NCBI GenBank assembly: GCA_021108335.1
Contig: JAIORC010000167.1
Span: 1 to 53,377 of the forward strand
Direction: 5' to 3'
Length of the DNA stretch: 53,377 bases
Source of the DNA: Phycisphaerae bacterium
GTDB lineage: Bacteria; Planctomycetota; Phycisphaerae; SM23-33
Shown here: positions 42,650 to 51,147 of the stretch, one piece after another
Numbering within the stretch: position 1 is the stretch's first letter
Layout of the letters: each line of letters starts with the position of its first letter
The notes under the pieces: generated by a model
Told to the model about the DNA's origin: nothing
Database searches by the model: none
Seen by the model: only the letters and a program-made list of their open reading frames with translations
Made by a program: the position numbers and the translations under genes

Positions 42650-42997
42650 ATGACCGACGAACGTCGAAAACACCCGCGGTTTGACTTGGAGTTTACCGTC
42701 CAGGCAATCAGTTCCCGGGGCGATACGGTAATCACCGCCCTGACCACCAACATTTCGGACGGCGGCTTCTGCATACCAATGCCCGCGGAGCTTCTTCCCG
42801 ACGCCGGCCAGCCGATGAATATCCGCCTGAACGTTTTGCAGGCTGCCACAGGCAAAGCCAAGACGTATACCGGCACGAGCAGGATTATCCGGCGTGGTGA
42901 GGCTGACGAAGACGGGATGGCTGAGGTGGCGATGGAATTCACCAAACCGCTGGAACTGCAACTCGAAGACAAAACCTCATACGAACCACGACTGTAG
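42650..42997 (+). CDS. Stand-alone PilZ-domain protein (putative c-di-GMP receptor)
   Basis: 115 aa with RRKHPR (RxxxR) at the N-terminus and NISDGG (D/NxSxxG). The track ORF starts at 42392 inside repeats. ATG 42650 has no SD, and TATAAT lies at 42641-42646. Confidence 0.7.
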   Translation: MTDERRKHPRFDLEFTVQAISSRGDTVITALTTNISDGGFCIPMPAELLPDAGQPMNIRLNVLQAATGKAKTYTGTSRIIRRGEADEDGMAEVAMEFTKPLELQLEDKTSYEPRL

Positions 42998-43002
42998 GAT
43001 TC

Positions 43003-43323
43003 TCAGGCTGCTTCATAAACCACCTTCCCATATTTGTTGGCTGGGTAGGCGATGCTGCCAACGACATTCTTGCTCTCCTCGAACCATCGCGTCGCGATGA
43101 AGAGAATATCAAATGGGTAGTCGAACTCCCACAGCGCTTTTCGAATACGTACATATTCTTTGCGTTGGTTACTGGGATCGGGCTCAACAATCAACAGGTC
43201 AATATCACTGTCGCGGGTCATCTGGCCCGTGGCTGCTGAGCCGAAGAGGATGATTTTGTCTGGCTTGGCAACGGTGAGAATCCGCCGAACGATATCCTTA
43301 ATGATCTTGTCGTCTATGCCCAT
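43003..43323 (-). CDS. Minimal nucleotidyltransferase (MNT-type, Pol-beta superfamily), no HEPN partner present
   Basis: 106 aa with ILFGSAATGQ...DSDIDLLIV (GS-x-n-D-x-D). Confidence 0.7.
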   Translation of the reverse strand: MGIDDKIIKDIVRRILTVAKPDKIILFGSAATGQMTRDSDIDLLIVEPDPSNQRKEYVRIRKALWEFDYPFDILFIATRWFEESKNVVGSIAYPANKYGKVVYEAA

Positions 43324-43345
43324 AACCCTTTGACTCCAACACGCT

Positions 43346-43378
43346 ACAAAAAGGCCCCGATCATTTTCGCTCCGGGGC
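43346..43378 (-). terminator. Rho-independent terminator (minus strand) between the WD40-like gene and the MNT gene
   Basis: Minus strand reads GCCCCGG-AGCGAAAATGAT-CGGGGCC followed by TTTTTG. Confidence 0.5.
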
Positions 43379-43554
43379 TTCCCGCGAACTATAATCAGTT
43401 GGGAGGTTCCCAGTAAAATTTAAGCTTTCCAAGAGCAACCGTTTAACCATACCTCAATCCTACCGCACAGCCATGCGAATTTGCAAGAACTGTTAACCGA
43501 ACTGTCCGTCCCCAGCTACGATTTTGTCCCGCCTTTTACACGCTCGGATTGTTA

Positions 43555-44691
43555 TTACTTCGGTTTTTTGCCTTTACCAACCGGGTTTTTCCGTTTTCCC
43601 ATCGCAGAAGGAATTTTCGACATTGGCAGCATATACGTGAGACTGCTCTGGTCGGTGCGGACTGCAAAGCCGTTCTTTTCATGGGACCAAGTGATGGACC
43701 GTACCTTTGAGTCGAAGACCTTCTTGCCAGTCTGCTCACCTTTCGGCAAAGCCCATATAGTTACGGCGGAGCGCCGATCGTCTCCTCCGATCCAATGCCA
43801 GCCAGCCACATGATGGGCTGGTTTGTCAAAACACAAGCTCCACAGGAATCTCAACCCTTTGGGGCGCAACGTGGCTATGTCCTTGCCATCCGAGAGACGC
43901 CACACTCGAATGAAACCATCGGGTTGCTCAACGTCGTCCTTGATACTCCATGCCCCGGACATTCCGAGAAACGCCCCATTTTCCGAGAACGCCATGCTGG
44001 CGACATCTTCTGTGTAAACTTGTGTCCGCAGAATCGCGTCGTGTTCTGGCAATCGTAGTTCCTGGAGAAGACCGCCGGTCTTCGTATCCCACAGAGCGAC
44101 AACTGACTTATAACCTTCTTGTGAGGGTTTCCAGAAATAGGTCGCAAGCTTCTTTGAATCATGGGATAACGCCATGCAGTCAAATCGCTGAATCGATGGC
44201 ATATATCCATCGGAGTCTCTTGTAACATCCGGAAGGGCAATGGGCAGTTGCCTGAGTACTCTGAGGGTGTTGGCTTGAACCAGTATCACACGATAAGTGA
44301 TGTGCGTAGAGCATTCTGCCAGCGCAATAGCCAGCATTTGGCCATCGGGACTCAGCGCCATCGACTCAGCCTTCCCCTCCAGAAAGAGGGACATGCTTCC
44401 GCTATCTTGCCGTCTTGTTAATCTCGTGTGATACGAATCCTTTTTAGCCTTGGTGGTTAAGGAATACGCTACGCGGCCATCCGGTGCCTCCAAATGGATT
44501 GGCCAATACTGCCAGATGCACCCCTGGGATGACATCAACACCACGACGGCCAGGATCGCAACCATAGAATAGAATCTACTACACCCGAACGAGCCATCTA
44601 TTTGCACAGCGCCTATGCCACAGCGTTTGTGCTTATTCGACTCCAACGTGTCCATTTCCCTTCTCCTTCCCATAGTTCGTAGGTTATACAA
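43555..44691 (-). CDS. Hypothetical membrane-anchored WD40/beta-propeller-like protein (lower G+C)
   Basis: Signal-anchor MVAILAVVVLMSSQGC, then repeated ...S.A.SPDG..LA....V.LW...G... blades (MALSPDGQMLAIA, MALSHDSKKLATY...VALWDTKTG, MAFSENGAFLGM...IRVWRLSDG). Start uncertain: several in-frame ATGs at 44691, 44655 and 44565. Confidence 0.45.
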   Translation of the reverse strand: MYNLRTMGRRREMDTLESNKHKRCGIGAVQIDGSFGCSRFYSMVAILAVVVLMSSQGCIWQYWPIHLEAPDGRVAYSLTTKAKKDSYHTRLTRRQDSGSMSLFLEGKAESMALSPDGQMLAIALAECSTHITYRVILVQANTLRVLRQLPIALPDVTRDSDGYMPSIQRFDCMALSHDSKKLATYFWKPSQEGYKSVVALWDTKTGGLLQELRLPEHDAILRTQVYTEDVASMAFSENGAFLGMSGAWSIKDDVEQPDGFIRVWRLSDGKDIATLRPKGLRFLWSLCFDKPAHHVAGWHWIGGDDRRSAVTIWALPKGEQTGKKVFDSKVRSITWSHEKNGFAVRTDQSSLTYMLPMSKIPSAMGKRKNPVGKGKKPK

Positions 44692-44796
44692 CTTGTTGCA
44701 ACCTACTGGCTATTGTAGCATCGTGGCTGTTGCTTCGCTTCCCGCCACGGCACCCCGCGAATGTCACGGCATCCCGGTACGCCGCATGCGGCGATA

Positions 44797-46077
44797 TTAT
44801 TTTGTTTCGCTGATGGCTTTGTCGCCTATGTCGCTTCGCCAGTATGCGCCTTGCCATTGGATTTTCGTTACTGCGCCGTAGGCCTTTTCCTGAGCCTCTT
44901 CGAGCGTGTCGCCAATGGCTGTAACGCCCAGCACCCTGCCGCCGTTGGTAACCAGTTTGTCGTTACGCATGGCTGTGCCGGCATGGAAAACCTTCACGTC
45001 TTCAATGGCGTCGGCGTCGGCGATGCCGGTAATCTCAAAGCCATTTTTATACGCCTCCGGATAGCCGGCGGAGCTCATCACCACGCAAACAGACGGCCTC
45101 GGGTCCCACTCGATGGTAACCTTGTCGAGCCGATGCTCAGCGGTGGCAGTCAGTATTTCCAGGAGGTCGCTTTTGAGCCTCATCATCAGCGGCTGACATT
45201 CCGGGTCGCCGAAGCGGCAGTTGAATTCGATAACCTTAGGCCCGGCGGGCGTGAACATCAGCCCGGCATAGAGTAGGCCTTCGTATCGGCCGAAATCGCG
45301 ACGCATGGCGTCGATGATCGGCACGAGGATTTCCCGCTCGATGTGGGTCATCATGGCGTCGTCGATAATCGGCACGGGGCTGTACGCTCCCATGCCGCCG
45401 GAGTTCAAGCCGGTATCGCCCTCGCCGATCGGCTTGTGATCCTGAAGGGCTTCGAGGGGGTAAATGTTCCGCCCGTCGCACAATGCCAACACGCTGCCCT
45501 CCTGGCCGGTGAGCATTTCCTCGATGACGACGGTCTCGCCGGCTTTGCCGAAGACCTTGCTGCCCATGATGTCTTCCAGCGGCTTGATTGCCTGGTAGGG
45601 TTCCGGGCATACGAACACGCCCTTGCCGGCAGCCAGCCCGGAGGCCTTGACGGCTATGCCGTGATCCCGCGAGAGTACGTAAGCCTTGGCTGCGTCGAGG
45701 TCTGTGAATATCCGCGCTTCGGCGGTCGGCAGCGAGACATGTTGCATGAGCATTTTGGCATAGGCTTTGTCGGATTCAATGCGTGCGCCCTCGGCGGTCG
45801 GGCCGAAACACAGCAGGCCCGCGTCACGGACGGCGTCGCCAAGCCCGGCGGCAAGAGGCACCTCAGGCCCTACCACAACGAGCTTCACGCCATTGGACTT
45901 GGCGAACTCCACGATGCCTTCAATATCGTCCGCCGCCAGGTCGACGCACTGGCCGCCGTCGGCGGTGATACCCGGATTGCCGGGGGCTGCGTAGAGCGTT
46001 TCGCATTGGGGAGACTGCATCATTTTCCACGCCAGGGCATGTTCCCGTCCACCACTTCCGACCAGCAAAACCTTCAT
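44797..46077 (-). CDS. purD: Phosphoribosylamine--glycine ligase PurD
   Basis: MKVLLVGSGGREHALAWK...; full-length ATP-grasp PurD pattern over 426 aa. Confidence 0.95.
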   Translation of the reverse strand: MKVLLVGSGGREHALAWKMMQSPQCETLYAAPGNPGITADGGQCVDLAADDIEGIVEFAKSNGVKLVVVGPEVPLAAGLGDAVRDAGLLCFGPTAEGARIESDKAYAKMLMQHVSLPTAEARIFTDLDAAKAYVLSRDHGIAVKASGLAAGKGVFVCPEPYQAIKPLEDIMGSKVFGKAGETVVIEEMLTGQEGSVLALCDGRNIYPLEALQDHKPIGEGDTGLNSGGMGAYSPVPIIDDAMMTHIEREILVPIIDAMRRDFGRYEGLLYAGLMFTPAGPKVIEFNCRFGDPECQPLMMRLKSDLLEILTATAEHRLDKVTIEWDPRPSVCVVMSSAGYPEAYKNGFEITGIADADAIEDVKVFHAGTAMRNDKLVTNGGRVLGVTAIGDTLEEAQEKAYGAVTKIQWQGAYWRSDIGDKAISETK

Positions 46078-46325
46078 TGAGATATCCTTTCCCGTGAAAA
46101 ACGGAGATTGTGTCCAGGAGATTCTATATCAGCGGGAGAAGTGTAATCGAAGAAGGCCGGGGAATCCAGTAGTCTGTGATGGTTTGCCGAAGTCCATCCG
46201 TGTTGCTTTCACGACGGCCTGATGATGTAAAGAAACCCCCCGGAGCAGCTTAAGCAATTTTTGTCGCACCCTCGCTCACCCTGCTACGACAATCATTACT
46301 CAAACTGCTCTGAAATAGTCCCCAC

Positions 46326-46667
46326 CTAACCCTCCGCGAATGAGTGTATGGCGCGCTGCTGGGTATCGAATATCGGGATGAGCCGATCCATGTGGACCAG
46401 TTCGAGAACTTCCTCGACGGCTCCCGATGCACAGCAGATGCGGAGACGGCCGTTGGCGTCCTGACATTTATTGTGGCAAGACGTAAAGGCGGTCAGACCT
46501 GTACTGTCAACGTATTGTACCTCTGTGATATCCAGGATCACCTTGCAATTCTCCCGGAACATCGGGGTGATGTTCGCAATGGCGTCCTGATAATTGGTGG
46601 CATCGAGGCATGGCTCTTGAAGGGAAACTATAACCACCCCTCCGTGTTTTTCCACGTTCAGGAACAT
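46326..46667 (-). CDS. STAS-domain protein (anti-sigma-factor antagonist type)
   Basis: 113 aa with VVIVSL...KVILDITEVQYVDSTGL..F (DSTGL phospho-site motif). ATG 46667 has an AGGGAGGAAC RBS. Confidence 0.7.
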   Translation of the reverse strand: MFLNVEKHGGVVIVSLQEPCLDATNYQDAIANITPMFRENCKVILDITEVQYVDSTGLTAFTSCHNKCQDANGRLRICCASGAVEEVLELVHMDRLIPIFDTQQRAIHSFAEG

Positions 46668-47123
46668 GTAGTTCCTCCCTTTCGCATACGAACCGGGGCA
46701 GCAGTCGCAATGGCCGAAAAGCCATCTGAATTTCCCCGACAACTATCTACTGTTGCAAACGAGATTCCATTCATTGTTATTGTATCCTGTCACGAAAGGA
46801 ATTTCCCAGATAACGGGCGGAATCGGCCACGCGGGCGCAGGGGGAGCTGTAAAGCCTCGCCGGCAAAGGGGTTATCGGCGAAGAGGGGTTGGGGTTAAAT
46901 AATTCCGCCCCACCCAAAGAGCAGATGGACTGTTAGAAATATGGAATGTTTTGAGTGGCTTGCCAGAGCCGCTATCCGATTATGAGGTTTCCTAAAGAGT
47001 GCCCTATGCTACGGTTATGCCCCTGCCCGCTGGGCTGGCGGCATAGCGATGTCGCGACAGCGGTGGATATCAGCCGAAAGCTTGAGCATACAGGGACAAC
47101 CCTTGGTATGTTCAACCATCATG

Positions 47124-47363
47124 TTACTTGTTGATACTGCGGGACTTAGGCCGAAACAGGAAGAACATCGCCCCGCCCAGCGAAATGCTGAACACGGCCA
47201 GTTCCAATCCACCGGCTTCCGCCCGGTTTACCGCCAACGTACTGGGAGACTGCTGGTCTACCGATACCGTTGTGCCTGTTTCTTCCCCGCTGACAATGAT
47301 CCCCGCACCGAAAATCAATACAGCAGCAACAACAATAACCATCCTCACAAGAACGCGATTCAT
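47124..47363 (-). CDS. Hypothetical small protein with N- and C-terminal hydrophobic segments
   Basis: 79 aa: MNRVLVRMVIVVAAVLIFGAGIIV ... GGLELAVFSISLGGAMFFLFRPKSR. GGAG-containing RBS region. No family recognised. Confidence 0.3.
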   Translation of the reverse strand: MNRVLVRMVIVVAAVLIFGAGIIVSGEETGTTVSVDQQSPSTLAVNRAEAGGLELAVFSISLGGAMFFLFRPKSRSINK

Positions 47364-47564
47364 AAACTCGCTCCATTATCCACCAACCTGGCGGATGCTA
47401 CGGCGATTCCCTTCTGTTTTTCGGGGAGTTGAGCTACCCGGGGATGCTCCTCCATCTCCAAAAAACAGTATACAATATATTGCTTATTTGTCAAGTTTAT
47501 CTTATTGTTTTTTACGGCTTGTCCGCGAGCCAGCCACGCAGATAAGCTCTGTCGGCAAAAGCAG

Positions 47565-48242
47565 TTACGGCTGCTCCTCTACGTCTTTTTCCGGCAGGTC
47601 GTGATGATCCCTGCCTTTATGTTCGATAAACAGATTTATAATGTTGCAGGACATGTCCTCTGCGAGGGTTTTAGTCAGCTTTCGGCCTGCATTTTTTATG
47701 TATTCATGGGTCTCGCGGGGCGTGCTGACTTTCTTTACGTCATAGCCTTCCAGGCTGTCTTCAGGCCATAGCGTACCCTCTTCGGCACCGACCACCCGAA
47801 TGGTCGTCCGCAGGTTTCCCTGCCAGACTGGACTTGATGGATGGTCCTTCAGCGAAAATTCTCGTATCTGGACATACAGGACAATATCCGCACCGATTTT
47901 TTTCGCGATTTCCGTATTGGAAAGGTTGTGGAATTCCGGTGTCGCCACCATCAACTGCCTCAGTTGATGATAGGAAATTACATCCTCGGTAATGCAACTG
48001 GCTACGAGGTCTTTATTGAGTTGGCGGGTCAGTTCGTATCGAATTGATTCGCCTTGGGCAAGATGGGACGGGTCGTCCACGAGAACCAGTATCGTCTTGT
48101 CTTTGGGAATTTCGTATTCCGGCTTGATCGTTTTGGGCGGGGTAAATAGCGTCGCCAAATATGCGAATGCCGCGCAGCCGCTGAGACTGCTCATTGCGGA
48201 GGCACCTGCCAGAATCAATAAGATGGATATTTTTGTCTTCAA
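47565..48242 (-). CDS. Hypothetical lipoprotein, paralog B (LpoB/CsgG/FlgO-like motif GADIVLYV)
   Basis: Lipobox LSGC, 225 aa. Aligns with the upstream lipoprotein (TILVLVDD / TVAILIYAD; GADIVLYVQIREF / NADFVLFVALEEY). Start lies 2 nt after the upstream stop. Confidence 0.55.
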   Translation of the reverse strand: MKTKISILLILAGASAMSSLSGCAAFAYLATLFTPPKTIKPEYEIPKDKTILVLVDDPSHLAQGESIRYELTRQLNKDLVASCITEDVISYHQLRQLMVATPEFHNLSNTEIAKKIGADIVLYVQIREFSLKDHPSSPVWQGNLRTTIRVVGAEEGTLWPEDSLEGYDVKKVSTPRETHEYIKNAGRKLTKTLAEDMSCNIINLFIEHKGRDHHDLPEKDVEEQP

Positions 48243-48244
48243 TG

Positions 48245-48919
48245 CTACTCCTCGCTCGGGGCAAGCTCGTCTTTATATTTGGGCACTTTGTGGTTATAGA
48301 AAAACTTCACCAGGTTTTCGGAGAAGACTATCTCGGCTTTGTTCCTGATCTTCAGCTCGTGCCCGGCGGAATACATAATATGTTCCGGGTAGATTGCTTC
48401 TGCGGTTCTCGTTTCCCCATCTGTCGGCCAGACGGGGTCTTCGTCTTCGGCAAGGGCGTCGTAGAGTTCAGCCGTCGCCGTAATCCGCCCCTGGTAGGCG
48501 TCCATGGAGCCGTAAACCCGCGAGGTATACTCCTCCAGCGCAACGAACAGCACAAAGTCCGCGTTGAGATCTTTGCAGATTTTCTGTTTGTCAAACGACT
48601 CCCAATGACTGTGTTCGTCCTGGTACCGGGCCGTTGCAAGGGGGGAGATAACCCGGATTTTTTTGATATGCTTTTTCAGTTGGGCGGATATATGGGCGCC
48701 GAGCGTCAGGCGAACGGTGGGATATTCCAACTGAACGGATTCGTCGGCGTAGATCAGGATGGCGACAGTATGGTTTTTCAGGTTGCCAAACTCAGCCTTT
48801 ACTTTTATTTCTTCCGTAGAGTGCCCCAGCCAAATCCCATAACGCACAGCGTCGCAACCAACCAGACCAGCCATGCCCAGCAGTAGCAAAATTACCGTCT
48901 TTTGAAAATTTAATCTCAT
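48245..48919 (-). CDS. Hypothetical lipoprotein, paralog A
   Basis: Lipobox LVGC, 224 aa. See paralog B. Confidence 0.55.
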   Translation of the reverse strand: MRLNFQKTVILLLLGMAGLVGCDAVRYGIWLGHSTEEIKVKAEFGNLKNHTVAILIYADESVQLEYPTVRLTLGAHISAQLKKHIKKIRVISPLATARYQDEHSHWESFDKQKICKDLNADFVLFVALEEYTSRVYGSMDAYQGRITATAELYDALAEDEDPVWPTDGETRTAEAIYPEHIMYSAGHELKIRNKAEIVFSENLVKFFYNHKVPKYKDELAPSEE

Positions 48920-48935
48920 TCGTATTCCTCGTACA

Positions 48936-49427
48936 TCATACTCCGACGGGGTATTGTCCCGTCGCCACGCCGATGGCCACCTTCAGGCCCCATCCGCCAA
49001 GCCAGGCGGCTATCGCACCGGCCAGCCACCATTTCCAACGCCTCGGGCGAATCCGACCCAGCACATTTCGCCCGGTAACAGCCTGAACGGCTGCCAATAT
49101 CATCGCCGCTACGACGGCTGCGAAAACCAGCACGCCGAACAGATGGGCGCGAAACGCCAAGCCAATCTGCCCATGAGCCATCGCCGCCAGTGACGTCGTC
49201 ATCCCGCAGGAAGGACACGGATAACCCGTCCTCACCAGGTAACCGCACACCGGCAAACCACCCTGCCTGTGCGTGCCATGCCCGGCAGGATTAGGCGACA
49301 ACATCGCCGCCGTCGCCAGCAAAGTTCCGCAGGCCAGCGCAACCACCAAGCCAACAAGGCGTCTACGCCGCCGCTGGGCAGAGGCAAACAGCCCCGGCGT
49401 TTCGGGTTTTCGGTTCTCCAGTTGCAT
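48936..49427 (-). CDS. DUF2752-family membrane protein
   Basis: VCGYLVRTGYPCPSCGMTTS motif typical of DUF2752, followed by TM helices. First gene of a three-gene minus-strand operon. Confidence 0.6.
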   Translation of the reverse strand: MQLENRKPETPGLFASAQRRRRRLVGLVVALACGTLLATAAMLSPNPAGHGTHRQGGLPVCGYLVRTGYPCPSCGMTTSLAAMAHGQIGLAFRAHLFGVLVFAAVVAAMILAAVQAVTGRNVLGRIRPRRWKWWLAGAIAAWLGGWGLKVAIGVATGQYPVGV

Positions 49428-49749
49428 CCGCCTATAGTCGGCTCATCGGTTTTTGCGCAAAAATCGTCAACAATCCGCCGCCGCACCGGCAACATCCCGC
49501 GCAGCAACGAAGATATATCGTTATCTATTCCATCGGCAGGAAAAGGCTCAGAGGATTAGCGGACATCGTAGCCGTAGCGCACGGGTCGCGCCGGTGGCGA
49601 ACGATTTTTTACGCGAAAAATTTTGCCATTTCAATGTGATTTTGGGGAAACGGGATATAATTGGAATAGCTTGGCTCGTAAGGGATTAAACGGCTTTTGC
49701 CGGTGGCTCAGCTTGACTCAATTGAAAAATCCCTTCGGAGAGGATTAAG

Positions 49750-50853
49750 ATGGAATTTCGCTCATTCAGACCAGCTACAGGTCTAATCGTGAGGTTTTTG
49801 CCGCGAAGGTTTTTAATTACCCTGCTCCGGGTTGCGGTGGTTTGTTTGTGCGTTTCGCCGGCGATGGCTGTAACCACGACGGACTGGACCGAATATCCCT
49901 CGAACCCCGTCTATTCGCCCCTGCCGGACAGGGCGTATTATCCAACCATAATCAAAGATGCCGGCGTGTATAAAATGTGGTATGACTCTTCGTACTCTTT
50001 TACAGGCCCGTGCTACGCCACTTCCACCAACGGGATCAACTGGACAATCGGCAACGGCGGCAATGCCGTAACCGGCCTGGCCAACGCGAGGCACGCGGTT
50101 GTCCGGTATAATACTTCCATCAGTCGATACCAGACATGGTACTGGGATTCCACCGAACTCTACTCCATAAGCGCCCTTCGCTATGCCGATTCCGCCGACG
50201 GGTTGACGTGGGCGAACGATCAGGTGCTGACGCAAGACGCCAGCCGGCAGATTGTTACCGGTGGCAGCGGCGACTGGAATCGCGGCAGCTATGGCCCGTG
50301 CGACGTGCTGATGAACCACTCGGCCAGCAATACTGGCACCGATCCGCGGGACTATTCGTACGTGATGTACTATGACGGAACGACCGGCGGGGAGGAATCC
50401 GTGGGGCTGGGCTATTCCGCCGACGGGAAGCACTGGTATCGCTACGGGGCGACCAATGCTGACGGCGAGGTGCTGGCTCCGACGAATAACCCCGGCGACT
50501 GGGACAGAACACACGTCAGCCGATGTACCGTCGTCAAGGAGAACGATACCGCATATCACATGTGGTACAGCGGCGGGGACGGCTCGATGAATAACGGAAT
50601 CGGCTACGCTTCCTCCAGCGACGGGATATCATGGACCCGCGACGGGTCGAATCCGATTTTCAGTAAAGACGACGGCGTCGCATGGCGGGACAGCCGCACC
50701 TACACTCCCTGCGTCATCGGCGACGAGATGTGGTTCAGCGGCAGGAACAGCAGCGGCACCTACGCCATCGGCTACGCCGTTCCCGAGCCGGTAACATCAG
50801 GCCTCGTGATTATGGCCGTCGGCCTGCTGCTACGGCGGCGAAAAAAATCATAG
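49750..50853 (+). CDS. PEP-CTERM-anchored secreted five-bladed beta-propeller protein (GH43/GH32/GH130-like fold, no catalytic assignment)
   Basis: N-terminal signal. Repeated Y.MWY....DG..W blades (VYKMWYDS, YQTWYWD, ADSADGLTW, YVMYYDG, SADGKHWY, YHMWYSG, SSDGISW, EMWFSG). C-terminal VPEP + TM + RRRKKS matches the PEP-CTERM sorting signal. Confidence 0.7.
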   Translation: MEFRSFRPATGLIVRFLPRRFLITLLRVAVVCLCVSPAMAVTTTDWTEYPSNPVYSPLPDRAYYPTIIKDAGVYKMWYDSSYSFTGPCYATSTNGINWTIGNGGNAVTGLANARHAVVRYNTSISRYQTWYWDSTELYSISALRYADSADGLTWANDQVLTQDASRQIVTGGSGDWNRGSYGPCDVLMNHSASNTGTDPRDYSYVMYYDGTTGGEESVGLGYSADGKHWYRYGATNADGEVLAPTNNPGDWDRTHVSRCTVVKENDTAYHMWYSGGDGSMNNGIGYASSSDGISWTRDGSNPIFSKDDGVAWRDSRTYTPCVIGDEMWFSGRNSSGTYAIGYAVPEPVTSGLVIMAVGLLLRRRKKS

Positions 50854-50875
50854 CCATCCCCTTTGAATTATCTTG

Positions 50876-51135
50876 CCGGGTGCCATGCTTCTGCTTGCAG
50901 AAGCATGTGTTGTTACGAATTCTATCACCACCGACCAGCCGCGAAGCTACAGTTTTTGGTAGGCCGGGTCTTGACCCGGCAATTGCATGGCACATGCAAC
51001 AAATTCGTCCATTTGGGTCAGTCGCGGCGAAAAACACATGGCTTGCAAGCAAGCCATGCCACCCAACGCGCGGTATGTTGCAGGTGGCACAGGTTTGCAA
51101 CCTGTGCCGTGGTGGCCTGGGAAGGCCACCACGCT
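50876..51135. repeat. Intergenic repeat mosaic I
   Basis: GGGTGCCATGCTTCTGC-TT-GCAGAAGCATG (50878-50907). GGTAGGCCGGGTCTTGACCCGGC plus core (50958-51036, inverted copy of 27913-27994). CATGGCTTGC-AA-GCAAGCCATGCCACCC. 52-nt double-hairpin unit in reverse orientation (51084-51135). Confidence 0.85.
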
Positions 51136-51147
51136 GTGGCGTGTGAG

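Noticed and set aside
42998-43554. Looked for a HEPN partner ORF next to the MNT nucleotidyltransferase
   Set aside because: There are only 5 nt to the convergent PilZ stop on one side and a 230-nt non-coding spacer with a terminator on the other. No ORF with an Rx4-6H motif is present.
47015-47212. 65-aa minus-strand ORF overlapping the 3' end of the small membrane-protein gene
   Set aside because: It overlaps 47124-47363 in another frame, has a Cys/Arg-rich translation, and has no RBS.
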